DNA of 64,000 nt. Origin: Candidatus Cryptobacteroides sp. (lineage in GTDB: Bacteria; Bacteroidota; Bacteroidia; Bacteroidales; UBA932). Shown in pieces: positions 39,358 through 47,533 of the stretch (position 1 is the first letter of the stretch; the number at the start of each line of letters is the position of its first letter). Position numbers and translations under genes: made by a program. The notes below the pieces were generated by a model. The model saw only the letters and a program-made list of their open reading frames with translations. It was not told the DNA's origin and did not search any database. The stretch is taken from contig JAZLKT010000057.1 of the NCBI GenBank assembly GCA_045597785.1, positions 775 through 64,774 of the forward strand, in the 5' to 3' direction.

Positions 39358-40437
39358 CTAGAGTATGAGTTTTTCGTCGCGGTCGGACCAGCCTACGAGT
39401 TTGACTGAGAAGTCGATGTCGCGTCCTACGGTCTTTGCGTTGATCTTGTATGTGTAGTAGTGGTTGGAGAGCCAGGTGTCGGCGCCGGAGTCGTACAGGT
39501 CAATGGTCTTGACGATTTCTTCGCCCTGATAGAGGAAGGTTACCGAAATTGTGTTCTGACTCTCCGCCTTGCCAACAGTCTGCGGTATGACAAAGAAGAC
39601 ATTCGAGCAGGTAAGCAGTTTGTAGTCCTGGTTGTTGCGGGTGTAGGTGCTTGCTGTCCAGCCGCTTACGTTTGTGGCGAGGAAGTTGGCCGTGTTGTAG
39701 CTCTGCCCGAGGGTGTAGCGGTTTCCCGACGCGGTCCAGGTGAAGGAGGGCGTATCGGCATCGGAGAAAAGAACCGTTCCCGCGGTCTGGATGCCGTCAA
39801 AGGCAATTTTCTTTATTCCGAGGCTCTTAGCATCGAAACTTCCGTCGTCGGTGCTGATGCAGAAACGTACCTGGGCGAGAGTGTGGTGGAAGGTCAGGTT
39901 GACGGTTGCGTCTTTACCCGAATAGGTTTTCTTGGTGTAGGCGAAAAGAATGTCTTCCAGCAGGTCGGCATCGTCCTCGCCGTCGGGGGTGGGCGCAGTA
40001 TATGAGAACTTGAACTGCTCGCCGCCGAAATCGGTTTTTCCGTCGGAATCTACCGGGCCGAGAGGCGTGAGGGTGCCGCCTTTTTCGGGAACCGCGGGGT
40101 GCCAGGCCCAGAAGCGCATAGGGGTGTCGGCTATCCACGAGGGATTGCCGTCGATGATCCAACCGCCGCTGTAGGTGACGTTTGCGCCGCCGTCGCTGTC
40201 GATATATTTTCCGCCTCCGGGCATTATCGTTGCGCCGCCTTCGGTTTCTTCATAGCCTTCCGCTATGTAAACGTCCAGTGCGAAGGCTCCCGAGGTCTCC
40301 AGGAGCGATGTGGTCGTGACGGTGCCCTTTGTTCCGGCTGCGTTGGCAGTGATGCGTATGGCCTGTAATCTTGCCGGCTCCTTGCCGCAGGAAACCGCAG
40401 CGAGGACCAGCAAAACAGTATATATTATTCTTTTCAT
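39358..40437 (-). CDS. Fimbrillin-family (Mfa-like) lipoprotein, first gene of module A
   Basis: AVSC lipobox, GTKG, RFWAWHP, FHHTLAQVRF, VIPQ, WLSNHYYTY, LVGW. Confidence 0.8.
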   Translation of the reverse strand: MKRIIYTVLLVLAAVSCGKEPARLQAIRITANAAGTKGTVTTTSLLETSGAFALDVYIAEGYEETEGGATIMPGGGKYIDSDGGANVTYSGGWIIDGNPSWIADTPMRFWAWHPAVPEKGGTLTPLGPVDSDGKTDFGGEQFKFSYTAPTPDGEDDADLLEDILFAYTKKTYSGKDATVNLTFHHTLAQVRFCISTDDGSFDAKSLGIKKIAFDGIQTAGTVLFSDADTPSFTWTASGNRYTLGQSYNTANFLATNVSGWTASTYTRNNQDYKLLTCSNVFFVIPQTVGKAESQNTISVTFLYQGEEIVKTIDLYDSGADTWLSNHYYTYKINAKTVGRDIDFSVKLVGWSDRDEKLIL

Positions 40438-40459
40438 TTTACCCTTTTGAAAAATCGCG

Positions 40460-40467
40460 CAAATTTA
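40460..40467 (-). promoter_or_regulatory. -7 promoter element for pilus module A
   Basis: TAAATTTG on the minus strand, 22 nt upstream of ATG 40437. Confidence 0.6.
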
Positions 40468-40519
40468 AAAAATTTTAACAACTTTTCCAATAGGCTCTTG
40501 CAAATGGGCGAAAATTAAT

Positions 40520-40660
40520 GTCGCGCGCCGCGCGCGAGGACGCTTTGAATACCGGTCCGAGGGATTACACGTCCGGAATCTTCGAACAAGACCTTACCCT
40601 TGCGGGTGACCGGGTTCCCGTCTATATGGCTCCCGGAGGCGGTTTTGCTATAGAGTTGAG
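40520..40660 (+). ncRNA. Candidate 6S-like / Bacteroidales-1-type RNA
   Basis: No ORF; arms of 40541-40657 pair as an interrupted rod (ACCG/CGGT, TCCG/CGGA, GGAATC/GGTTCC). Core CTTCGAACAAGACC..CCTTGCGGGTG and GGAGGCGGTTTT resemble the Bacteroidales-1 motif as I recall it. Ends approximate. Confidence 0.5.
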
Positions 40661-40690
40661 AGAAAAAATAATTTGCTAACTTTGCCGGAT

Positions 40691-41401
40691 ATGAAACGTC
40701 TTTTTACCGCTGCGATTGCGGCTTTGGGCTTCATCGTGGCCGCGGCCCAGCCGCGCGAAATCAGTATACGCGAATTCCGCGGTCTTCCGGAAACGGACTC
40801 GGCAGTATATACGATTTGTGGCACAATCGAAAAATTCCGCGATACAAGGGTGCGGAGTTTTTACATCAATGACGGCACAGCCTCGGTGCTGATATATGGG
40901 CTCGTTTCTGAAGACGGCGAAATCCTATACTCTTCCCGATTGCCTCTGAGCATAGGCGACACGCTCTGCGTCCGCGGCAGCAAAACCATCTACGACCGCA
41001 CTGTTGTGGAGATGAAAGATGCTGTTTTGCTTCGTCTTGGCCGGGCTTCGGAAAATGACGGATTGGTCATTCTGGCGGATTCCTCCCTTCAGACAAAGCC
41101 ACTCTTCAAAGGCAAGGACGCCGAGACCTTCTCGCATTGGGTCACCGACAGGCTCTGCTATCCGGCTTCGGCTCACGCCAAGGGCTTGGATGGGAAAGTC
41201 ATCCTGTCCTTCAAAATTTGTGAAGACGGACGTCTGTCCGACATCAGGATTCTTCAGGGCGCCGACAAGGCCCTGAATGCCGAAGCCCTGCGGGTGGTGA
41301 AGAAATCGCCAAAATGGACTCCCGGCACCATCGACGGCAAACCGGTTGCCGTAACCTACACCTTCCCCGTCATCTTCAGTACCGGCCGCGACCTGGACTG
41401 A
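40691..41401 (+). CDS. TonB C-terminal domain protein with N-terminal OB-fold-like domain
   Basis: Signal peptide; FYINDGTASVLIYG...IGDTLCVRG (OB-like); PLFKG...LCYP...GKVILSF...EALRVV...WTPG..GKPV (TonB_C). Promoter TAACTTTG at 40677-40684 supports ATG 40691. Confidence 0.8.
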   Translation: MKRLFTAAIAALGFIVAAAQPREISIREFRGLPETDSAVYTICGTIEKFRDTRVRSFYINDGTASVLIYGLVSEDGEILYSSRLPLSIGDTLCVRGSKTIYDRTVVEMKDAVLLRLGRASENDGLVILADSSLQTKPLFKGKDAETFSHWVTDRLCYPASAHAKGLDGKVILSFKICEDGRLSDIRILQGADKALNAEALRVVKKSPKWTPGTIDGKPVAVTYTFPVIFSTGRDLD

Positions 41402-41785
41402 TTTGTACAGACCCAGAGACTCGCGTACTGTACAAATTTATTACCCCAGCGTGCATGTTGCGGCCCGGTGGTGCATGCCTTGTTCCGGATGCCACGCTTT
41501 CGGACCCTTTTTTGGTAAAGTTCAAGACTTGCGAACAGAGTTTTACCACATTAGAGACCTTTTTGGTAAAACGCGGGGATGTGCCATCGCCGCGCGACAA
41601 TTCATCGGGCATCAGCGCGCCGTACAACTGCGGAATTGCGCCCAACCCGTGCCCAACCCGTGCCCAACCCGTAAAATAACTACAAGTTGGTCACGCCTGC
41701 GTCGCATAAGTGTCTTATTATCAACGAGAAGGAGGAGGCGCCATTGCCCAACCCTGCACAAAATAACGGGTTGGGAAAGGGTGGT
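41401..41785. repeat. Mosaic of short direct and inverted repeats (REP/MITE-like)
   Basis: IR ATTTGTACAG/CTGTACAAAT at 41401-41437; TTTTGGTAAA/TTTTACCA/TTTTGGTAAA at 41503-41572; GCCCAACCCGT x3 at 41640-41672, partial copy at 41746-41754, inverted copy at 41766-41775. Confidence 0.75.
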
Positions 41786-41855
41786 GATGCTAGGGAATCC
41801 GGTTTTTCCAGGCAACACAAATAAAAGTGTTACCTTTGTGAGAAAGGAGCATTTT

Positions 41856-43592
41856 ATGAAAACGAATATTGTTATACCAGTTTTATTGAGCATTTTCCTG
41901 GGATTGGCGGTGGCGTGCAACCCCGCGTCGCCTATTAGTCCCGCAGAGCAGACCGAAATCGGCGAGGGAGATGGCGGCGAGGGAGATGGCGGCCAGGGCG
42001 AAGAAGGGCAAGGAAGCGGAGAAGGTCAGGACGAAGGAGGACCAGGCGAAGAAGGGCAAGGCGGCGGAGAAGGTCAGGACGAAGGCGGCGAGGACGAAGG
42101 AGGGCAAGGAGGCGGAGAAGGTCAGGATGAAGGCGGCCAGGACGAAGGAGGGCAAGGAGGCGGAGAAGGCCAGGGCGAAGGCGGAGAGACCGGCGGAGAC
42201 GACAGCGGCGAAGGCGGAGAGGCCGGTGGAGAAGGTGAGGGAGAAGGTGACGAAGGCGGCCAGGGCGATGAACAGTATCCGGTGCAGCCGGCGCAGAATT
42301 ACAGCCCGTTCGGATTCAAGGTCCTTTCGGAGAAGACCATAAGACTGGAAGCCGGGGCTGAAACAATGGTCCGCTATACTCTCGAAGGAGAAGATTCGGG
42401 CACATCCGTGAGCATCCAGGCCGCGGCCGGAGGATACAGCGCAACCATCAATCAGAACGAGCGTACGGTCAGCATCAGCGCACCGGCAGTTCCGAAGGAC
42501 GGATACATTCTTCTGAAAGCAATCCGCAAAGCAGACGGGTATCTTGTTCTGCAGCGAATCAATCTGGCCGCACTCGAGTATATCACAGTAAGCAAAACCG
42601 AATTCTGGACCTCCGGCTTCGAATATGCCGATTCGCTTGGCAATACGAACACGGTCTGCTACACTGGCGATGGCAGCGCGGCTCCGGCTGTTACCGAAGA
42701 CGGGCATATCGTCCTTTACCAGAACAAATCCGGCAACGCGAAGAACGGCGGCAATTATATGGATGTAAGGGCGAATGCCGATGCCGGGGTGAAAATTGCG
42801 GCAGTCGGCGTGCGGAGTGCAACTCCGACCAAGTTCTGCTATACACTCAACGGCGCGATGTCCGGCAAATCGGCTATAACCGAAATCCCCGCCGGCGGCA
42901 CGTACAGCGTCACCGGCCTTGAAAACTGCAGTTCGGTGCGTATCTTCTGTATGGGCACAAGCAAGAGCGAGCGCGCGGAAATCGACTCGCTGGCAATCAC
43001 CTATACCGGCGGATATTCCGAGGCGGATTATATCGAAGACGAGCTCGAAAGCGGGCGCATCGCCAACATTGTCTATCCTTTCCGTGAAGACTTCGATTCG
43101 GGCAAGTTCCCCTGCTCATCGACACCGAGCTACCTTAAATTCGGCTACCCGGAACCCGTAGGACCGGACGGACTGTTCTGGAGTACCTGGTACGGATGCT
43201 TCTCTACCCAGAATCCCATCGGAGGAGACCAGTCCGCGCAACTGCGTGCTTATCAGGAAGACCCCGACTACTACGGCAACCAGTGGGGATGGGTGAAGAC
43301 AGAGTTCTTCTGCCCCGCCCTGACCCGCGTGACTTTCGACTCCTGGGCAAGCGTGTACTGGCTGCAGTTCACGGTTTCGTACTTCGACTATGACAATCTC
43401 GAGTGGTGCAATCCGCAGACCTTCAAGCCGACGGTTGCAGAAAAGGAAACCGTCGTCCCGCGCGAGTATGTGCTTGACGGCGGCAACGCCCATACCGCCA
43501 AAATCCGCGTGGAAATCAATCCCGCTACCGGATACCCGTCCAAAGGCCATCTGGACCTCATCCTTGACAACTTCGTGTTCCGGAACGACTGA
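41856..43592 (+). CDS. Surface lipoprotein with Gly/Glu-rich linker and beta-sandwich domains
   Basis: Start MKTNIVIP at 41856 (promoter TACCTTTG at 41831-41838; lipobox AVAC). The longer ORF-track start is read-through of repeat DNA. Confidence 0.8.
   Translation: MKTNIVIPVLLSIFLGLAVACNPASPISPAEQTEIGEGDGGEGDGGQGEEGQGSGEGQDEGGPGEEGQGGGEGQDEGGEDEGGQGGGEGQDEGGQDEGGQGGGEGQGEGGETGGDDSGEGGEAGGEGEGEGDEGGQGDEQYPVQPAQNYSPFGFKVLSEKTIRLEAGAETMVRYTLEGEDSGTSVSIQAAAGGYSATINQNERTVSISAPAVPKDGYILLKAIRKADGYLVLQRINLAALEYITVSKTEFWTSGFEYADSLGNTNTVCYTGDGSAAPAVTEDGHIVLYQNKSGNAKNGGNYMDVRANADAGVKIAAVGVRSATPTKFCYTLNGAMSGKSAITEIPAGGTYSVTGLENCSSVRIFCMGTSKSERAEIDSLAITYTGGYSEADYIEDELESGRIANIVYPFREDFDSGKFPCSSTPSYLKFGYPEPVGPDGLFWSTWYGCFSTQNPIGGDQSAQLRAYQEDPDYYGNQWGWVKTEFFCPALTRVTFDSWASVYWLQFTVSYFDYDNLEWCNPQTFKPTVAEKETVVPREYVLDGGNAHTAKIRVEINPATGYPSKGHLDLILDNFVFRND
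41961..42188 (+). repeat. Intragenic tandem repeats: 2 x 15 bp and 4 x 48 bp
   Basis: GGCGAGGGAGATGGC x2 at 41961-41990; four imperfect 48-bp units at 41997-42188 encoding 16-aa units such as DEGGQGGGEGQDEGGQ. Confidence 0.9.
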
Positions 43593-43630
43593 GAAGTTTC
43601 GCCAAACTTCACTATCTTTGACAACGAATC

Positions 43631-44746
43631 ATGAAACGACTTGAATCACTCGACATTTTGCGCGGAATCGATCTGTTCGCGCTGACAATATTCGGCCCGC
43701 TGATGCTGCTGTTCGCCAAAACCGGCGACTACAGTTGGGAGGCGGCCGTGATTCCACAGTTCCACCACGCCGCCTGGGAGGGCTTTCGTGTGTGGGATCT
43801 GATAATGCCCCTCTTTATGTTTATGTCGGGCGTTACCATCCCCTATTCGATGGAGAAGTTCAAGGGCCGCAAGAAAGATGCATATTTCAGAATCCTGCGG
43901 CGCTTCGTGGTGCTTTGGGTGCTCGGAATGGTTGCACAGGGTCATCTGCTTGACCTCAACTGGCAGACGCTGCGCTTTTTCAGCAATACGCTTCAGGCAA
44001 TTGCCGTAGGCTATCTGTTCTCGGCCATATTCTACCTTGAACTGAAGCCCCGATGGCAGATCGTTGCGGCCGCCGCTTTGCTGCTGGCATTCTGGGCGCT
44101 GATGACATTCTGCGGTGGCGGCAATTATGCCGAACACGGGAATCTGTGCGAGATTGTGGATAATGCCGTGCTCGGCGCGCACCGCGACCAGGCTTCGATT
44201 GCCGCCGACGGCTCTCTGTTCGTGAACCCCGAATACGGCTACACCTGGATTATCAGCAGCCTGACTTTCATTGTCACGGTGATGACAGGAATGTTTGCCG
44301 GAGAAATCCTCAAAGACGACAAGCGGGGCGAAAAGCGCAAGATGCTCCTCCTCCTTGCCGCCGGCGCCGGGATGCTTGCTGCCGGGTGGCTCTGGAGCCT
44401 CCTCGGAATGCCGGTAATCAAGAAGATCTGGACTTCGTCGATGACTCTCGTTGCCAGCGGATACTGCTTCCTTCTGTTGCTGGCCATCTACTACCTTGTC
44501 GATTACCGCAAGAAATGCCGCTGGCTCGGGTTTTTCAAGATATGGGGAATGAACTCCATTCTTGCATATATGGTATATCAGGTGCTCCGCGGGCCGCTTG
44601 CGGCGCTTTCCGAAGTGTTCCTGCACGGCTTCGCGCTGTATCTGCCCGACGGATGGTACAAGTTCGTCATCGGAATAGGCAGCGCCCTGATTCAGGGGCT
44701 TCTGCTGCGGTTCTGCTACCGGCGTAAGATATATCTGAAAGTATAA
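43631..44746 (+). CDS. Heparan-alpha-glucosaminide N-acetyltransferase-like (NagX/DUF5009-type) membrane protein
   Basis: RLESLDILRG, HAAWEG..WDLIMPLFMF, NTLQAIA, PVIKKIWTSS, GMNSI. Promoter TATCTTTG at 43613-43620. Confidence 0.88.
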   Translation: MKRLESLDILRGIDLFALTIFGPLMLLFAKTGDYSWEAAVIPQFHHAAWEGFRVWDLIMPLFMFMSGVTIPYSMEKFKGRKKDAYFRILRRFVVLWVLGMVAQGHLLDLNWQTLRFFSNTLQAIAVGYLFSAIFYLELKPRWQIVAAAALLLAFWALMTFCGGGNYAEHGNLCEIVDNAVLGAHRDQASIAADGSLFVNPEYGYTWIISSLTFIVTVMTGMFAGEILKDDKRGEKRKMLLLLAAGAGMLAAGWLWSLLGMPVIKKIWTSSMTLVASGYCFLLLLAIYYLVDYRKKCRWLGFFKIWGMNSILAYMVYQVLRGPLAALSEVFLHGFALYLPDGWYKFVIGIGSALIQGLLLRFCYRRKIYLKV

Positions 44747-45942
44747 TGAAAACCCCGATAAGATTCGCCCTGTTCGGGCTCGGAAACCGCGGCCAGAGGT
44801 ATCTCGACTGGGTGGAGGAGCACGAAGGCCGCGTGGCGCTTGTGGCGGTCATCGACCCCGATGCCGTGCGTCTGGCCGACGTTCGTGAGCGCTACGGAGC
44901 CGGGACGTTCACATCTGCCGACGGGTTCTTCGCGAGCGGGCTCGAGGTGGATGCCATTATCGTGGCCTCGCCTGACAAAACCCACTTCCCCATAGCGATG
45001 GCGGCCGTTTCGCGCGGCATTCACGTGCTGCTCGAAAAGCCTATGGCGACCACGCGGGAAGAGTGCCGGGCCCTGGCCGACGCGGCCGGAAAGGCCGGTG
45101 TCATCGTGTCGGTGTGCTATGTGCTGCGCTATCATCCGTACTACAGGAAGCTTTACGACGTGCTTCACGACCCTCGCATGGGAAGGGTTATGTCGGCAAG
45201 CCATAGCGTGAATGCGGGTATCGACCGGGCCTGCCACAATTTCGTGCGTGGAATCTGGGGGCAGAGCGAGTATGCCGGGCCTGTCTTTCTGTCGAAATGC
45301 TCGCACGATGTGGACCTTTTTGTATGGCTGTGCGGAGCGGGTGTCAAGCGCGCCTCTTCGTTCGGCTCGCGCGGACTGTTCTGCGCCGAAAATGCCCCCG
45401 AGGGGAGCGCAGATCGCTGCATCGACTGCCGCATCGAGGCGGAATGCCCGTTCTCGGCGCTTGGGTTCTACCGCCGCGGCACGAGCACATGGACCGGTTA
45501 TCTGCACCGAAAGGAAGGGGAAAGCCTTGCCGACGCGGTTGAGCGCGAGCTGGCGACCGGGCCGTTCGGCCGCTGTGTTTACCGGTGCGACAACGACGTT
45601 ACCGACCATCAGGCCTTCATGATGGAGATGGAAAACGGCGCGGTGGTGAACATCACGATGAACTTCCTGACAATGGAAGACAGCCGTGTGACGCACTTCT
45701 GCTGCAGTGGCGGAGAGATATGGGCGGACGGAAGGACTATCCGCTACCGTGTCTTTGCCGATGGCGGAGCGGTGCGCGAAATCGACTGCTCGGATCTCTA
45801 TGGACAACCGCTGCACGCCGGCGCCGACAATGCCGTAATCGACAATTTCGTCTCGGCCGTTCTTGGCGAAACCGCCCTTGGTGGCACTTCTGCTGCCGAA
45901 GCCCTCGCCAGTCATCTCGCCTGTTTTGCGGGGAACAATTAA
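44746..45942 (+). CDS. Gfo/Idh/MocA family oxidoreductase
   Basis: GLGNRG Rossmann motif, LLEKPM, KCSHDVD, GRCVYRCDNDVTDHQ, HAGAD. Confidence 0.92.
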   Translation: MKTPIRFALFGLGNRGQRYLDWVEEHEGRVALVAVIDPDAVRLADVRERYGAGTFTSADGFFASGLEVDAIIVASPDKTHFPIAMAAVSRGIHVLLEKPMATTREECRALADAAGKAGVIVSVCYVLRYHPYYRKLYDVLHDPRMGRVMSASHSVNAGIDRACHNFVRGIWGQSEYAGPVFLSKCSHDVDLFVWLCGAGVKRASSFGSRGLFCAENAPEGSADRCIDCRIEAECPFSALGFYRRGTSTWTGYLHRKEGESLADAVERELATGPFGRCVYRCDNDVTDHQAFMMEMENGAVVNITMNFLTMEDSRVTHFCCSGGEIWADGRTIRYRVFADGGAVREIDCSDLYGQPLHAGADNAVIDNFVSAVLGETALGGTSAAEALASHLACFAGNN

Positions 45943-45998
45943 ACCAAAAGTTGTACAATACGCGAGTGACTCGCGTTTTGTTTAAAGAAAAAAACTGA

Positions 45999-47522
45999 AT
46001 GAAAAGAATCGCATCAACCATCGCCCTTTTACTTGTTTCCCTGATTTCCTTTGCCCGGCCGGCGTTTGAGGTCCGCGGCCTGCACATCGACCTCCGCACG
46101 CAGACAATGACCATCGACGCCCTCAAGGCTACGGCCCTGGCCGCGTCGAAGGATGGCCTGAACACCATCATCATGGAGTGGGAGGCCAATTACCCGTTCC
46201 AGAGAAACGCAACGCTACGGGGCCGCTACGCCTATTCTGTCGAAGAAGTCAAAGACTTCATAGGCTATTGCGAGAGCCTGGGCATAGACGTGATTCCGCT
46301 GCAGAACTGCTTCGGTCACGCCGACTATATCCTCCGGCATGCGCGTTATGCCCATTTGCGCGAGGAACGCAAGGAAATCTCGCAGGTGTGCCCGTGCAAG
46401 ATTGACGAGTGCTCGGAGGTATTCCGCTCAATGTTCGAAGACATAGCCGACCTTCACAACTCCCGGTACATCCATATCGGAGGGGACGAGACCCGTCTTC
46501 TCGGCCGATGCCCGCGCTGTGCGAAGAAGGTCGCGCAGGAGGGTGTTTCCGCCCTCTTTGTGGATTATGTCAACGCGATGTGCGAAATCGTCCATTCTCT
46601 GGGAAAGACCCCGATTATCTGGAGCGATATGATTCTGAAGCACCCCGAGGCTGCCGAGCGCTTGACGAAAGACGTGGTAATCCTCGATTGGAACTACGGC
46701 TGGAGCACGTCCGAGTTCGGTGACCTGCCCGCACTCAAGTCGCAGGGATTCGAGTTCTGGGGTGCGCCTGCCCTTCGCTCCGACCCCGACAATCTCTACC
46801 TCATTTCGTGGAAAAAGCACTTCAAAAATCTTGAAGACTACACGAAGTATGCTCTCGAGCAGGGATTTGCCGGAATAATCGAAACCTCGTGGTCAACTTC
46901 CGGAAACTATGGGACCATCCGGGATTATGCGAATGAAATATATATGATTCAGCCGGTGCGGGAGGTTTACCCGCTCTCGGCTTTCGATATCCTTCTCCGC
47001 GCTTACGGAAAGGCCGTAAACGACCCGGCCGGCTTCGAGACGGCTGCGTTCATTGACTCTTACGCCGAGGAGCACTTCGGAATTACCGCCCCCGAAGACA
47101 AGGCCCTGTTCCGCTCGTTCTTCATGATGCCTCAGAATGTCGTCTCGGGCTCCAGCTTCAAGGCAGACATTATCAGTAAGGAGCTTGACGCGAGCAAGTC
47201 TATGCGCCAGGCACTCGCCGGACTCTCGCCCTCAAAGAACAAGGCGGATTTCGCCCAGTACCTGCTGACGCTCGACATCAGAGCCAACTACCTTGCCTTC
47301 AAGGCGGTAGAGTGCAGGTACGAATCGGCTGACTATGCCATCGAAGATGCCAGCGGCCTTGCGAAAGAGCTTTCAGTAGTGCTTAAGGATGGCCGCAAGC
47401 TCCGCAAGAGATTCGTCCGTGCCAACAGCGACTTCCTCAAGGATCCTGCCTCCACCTTTAACGACTGGACCTACCTTGGAAAGGTTGAAGACCTTATGAT
47501 AACACTGGAAAACCAAAAATAA
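45999..47522 (+). CDS. GH20-like beta-N-acetylhexosaminidase
   Basis: Signal peptide; RGLHIDL, IMEWE, VIPLQNCFGH, HIGGDET catalytic D-E pair, IIWSDM, DWNY, ETSW. Confidence 0.85.
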   Translation: MKRIASTIALLLVSLISFARPAFEVRGLHIDLRTQTMTIDALKATALAASKDGLNTIIMEWEANYPFQRNATLRGRYAYSVEEVKDFIGYCESLGIDVIPLQNCFGHADYILRHARYAHLREERKEISQVCPCKIDECSEVFRSMFEDIADLHNSRYIHIGGDETRLLGRCPRCAKKVAQEGVSALFVDYVNAMCEIVHSLGKTPIIWSDMILKHPEAAERLTKDVVILDWNYGWSTSEFGDLPALKSQGFEFWGAPALRSDPDNLYLISWKKHFKNLEDYTKYALEQGFAGIIETSWSTSGNYGTIRDYANEIYMIQPVREVYPLSAFDILLRAYGKAVNDPAGFETAAFIDSYAEEHFGITAPEDKALFRSFFMMPQNVVSGSSFKADIISKELDASKSMRQALAGLSPSKNKADFAQYLLTLDIRANYLAFKAVECRYESADYAIEDASGLAKELSVVLKDGRKLRKRFVRANSDFLKDPASTFNDWTYLGKVEDLMITLENQK

Positions 47523-47533
47523 CCGAAACGCTC

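Noticed and set aside
25762-40437. Complete DGR or shufflon in the pilus locus
   Set aside because: No reverse transcriptase, recombinase, template repeat, promoterless cassette or repeated crossover site was found by eye in the window.
40560-40625. SRP RNA or tRNA in the structured intergenic region
   Set aside because: No SRP GGAA-tetraloop helix consensus and no cloverleaf on either strand.
41640-41672. GCCCAACCCGT x3, and the nearby 48-bp units, as a CRISPR array
   Set aside because: No unique spacers, wrong repeat structure, no cas genes; the 48-bp units are coding.
41403-41855. 151-aa N-terminal extension of the 729-aa ORF
   Set aside because: It translates repeat DNA; the promoter at 41831 and the signal peptide place the start at 41856.
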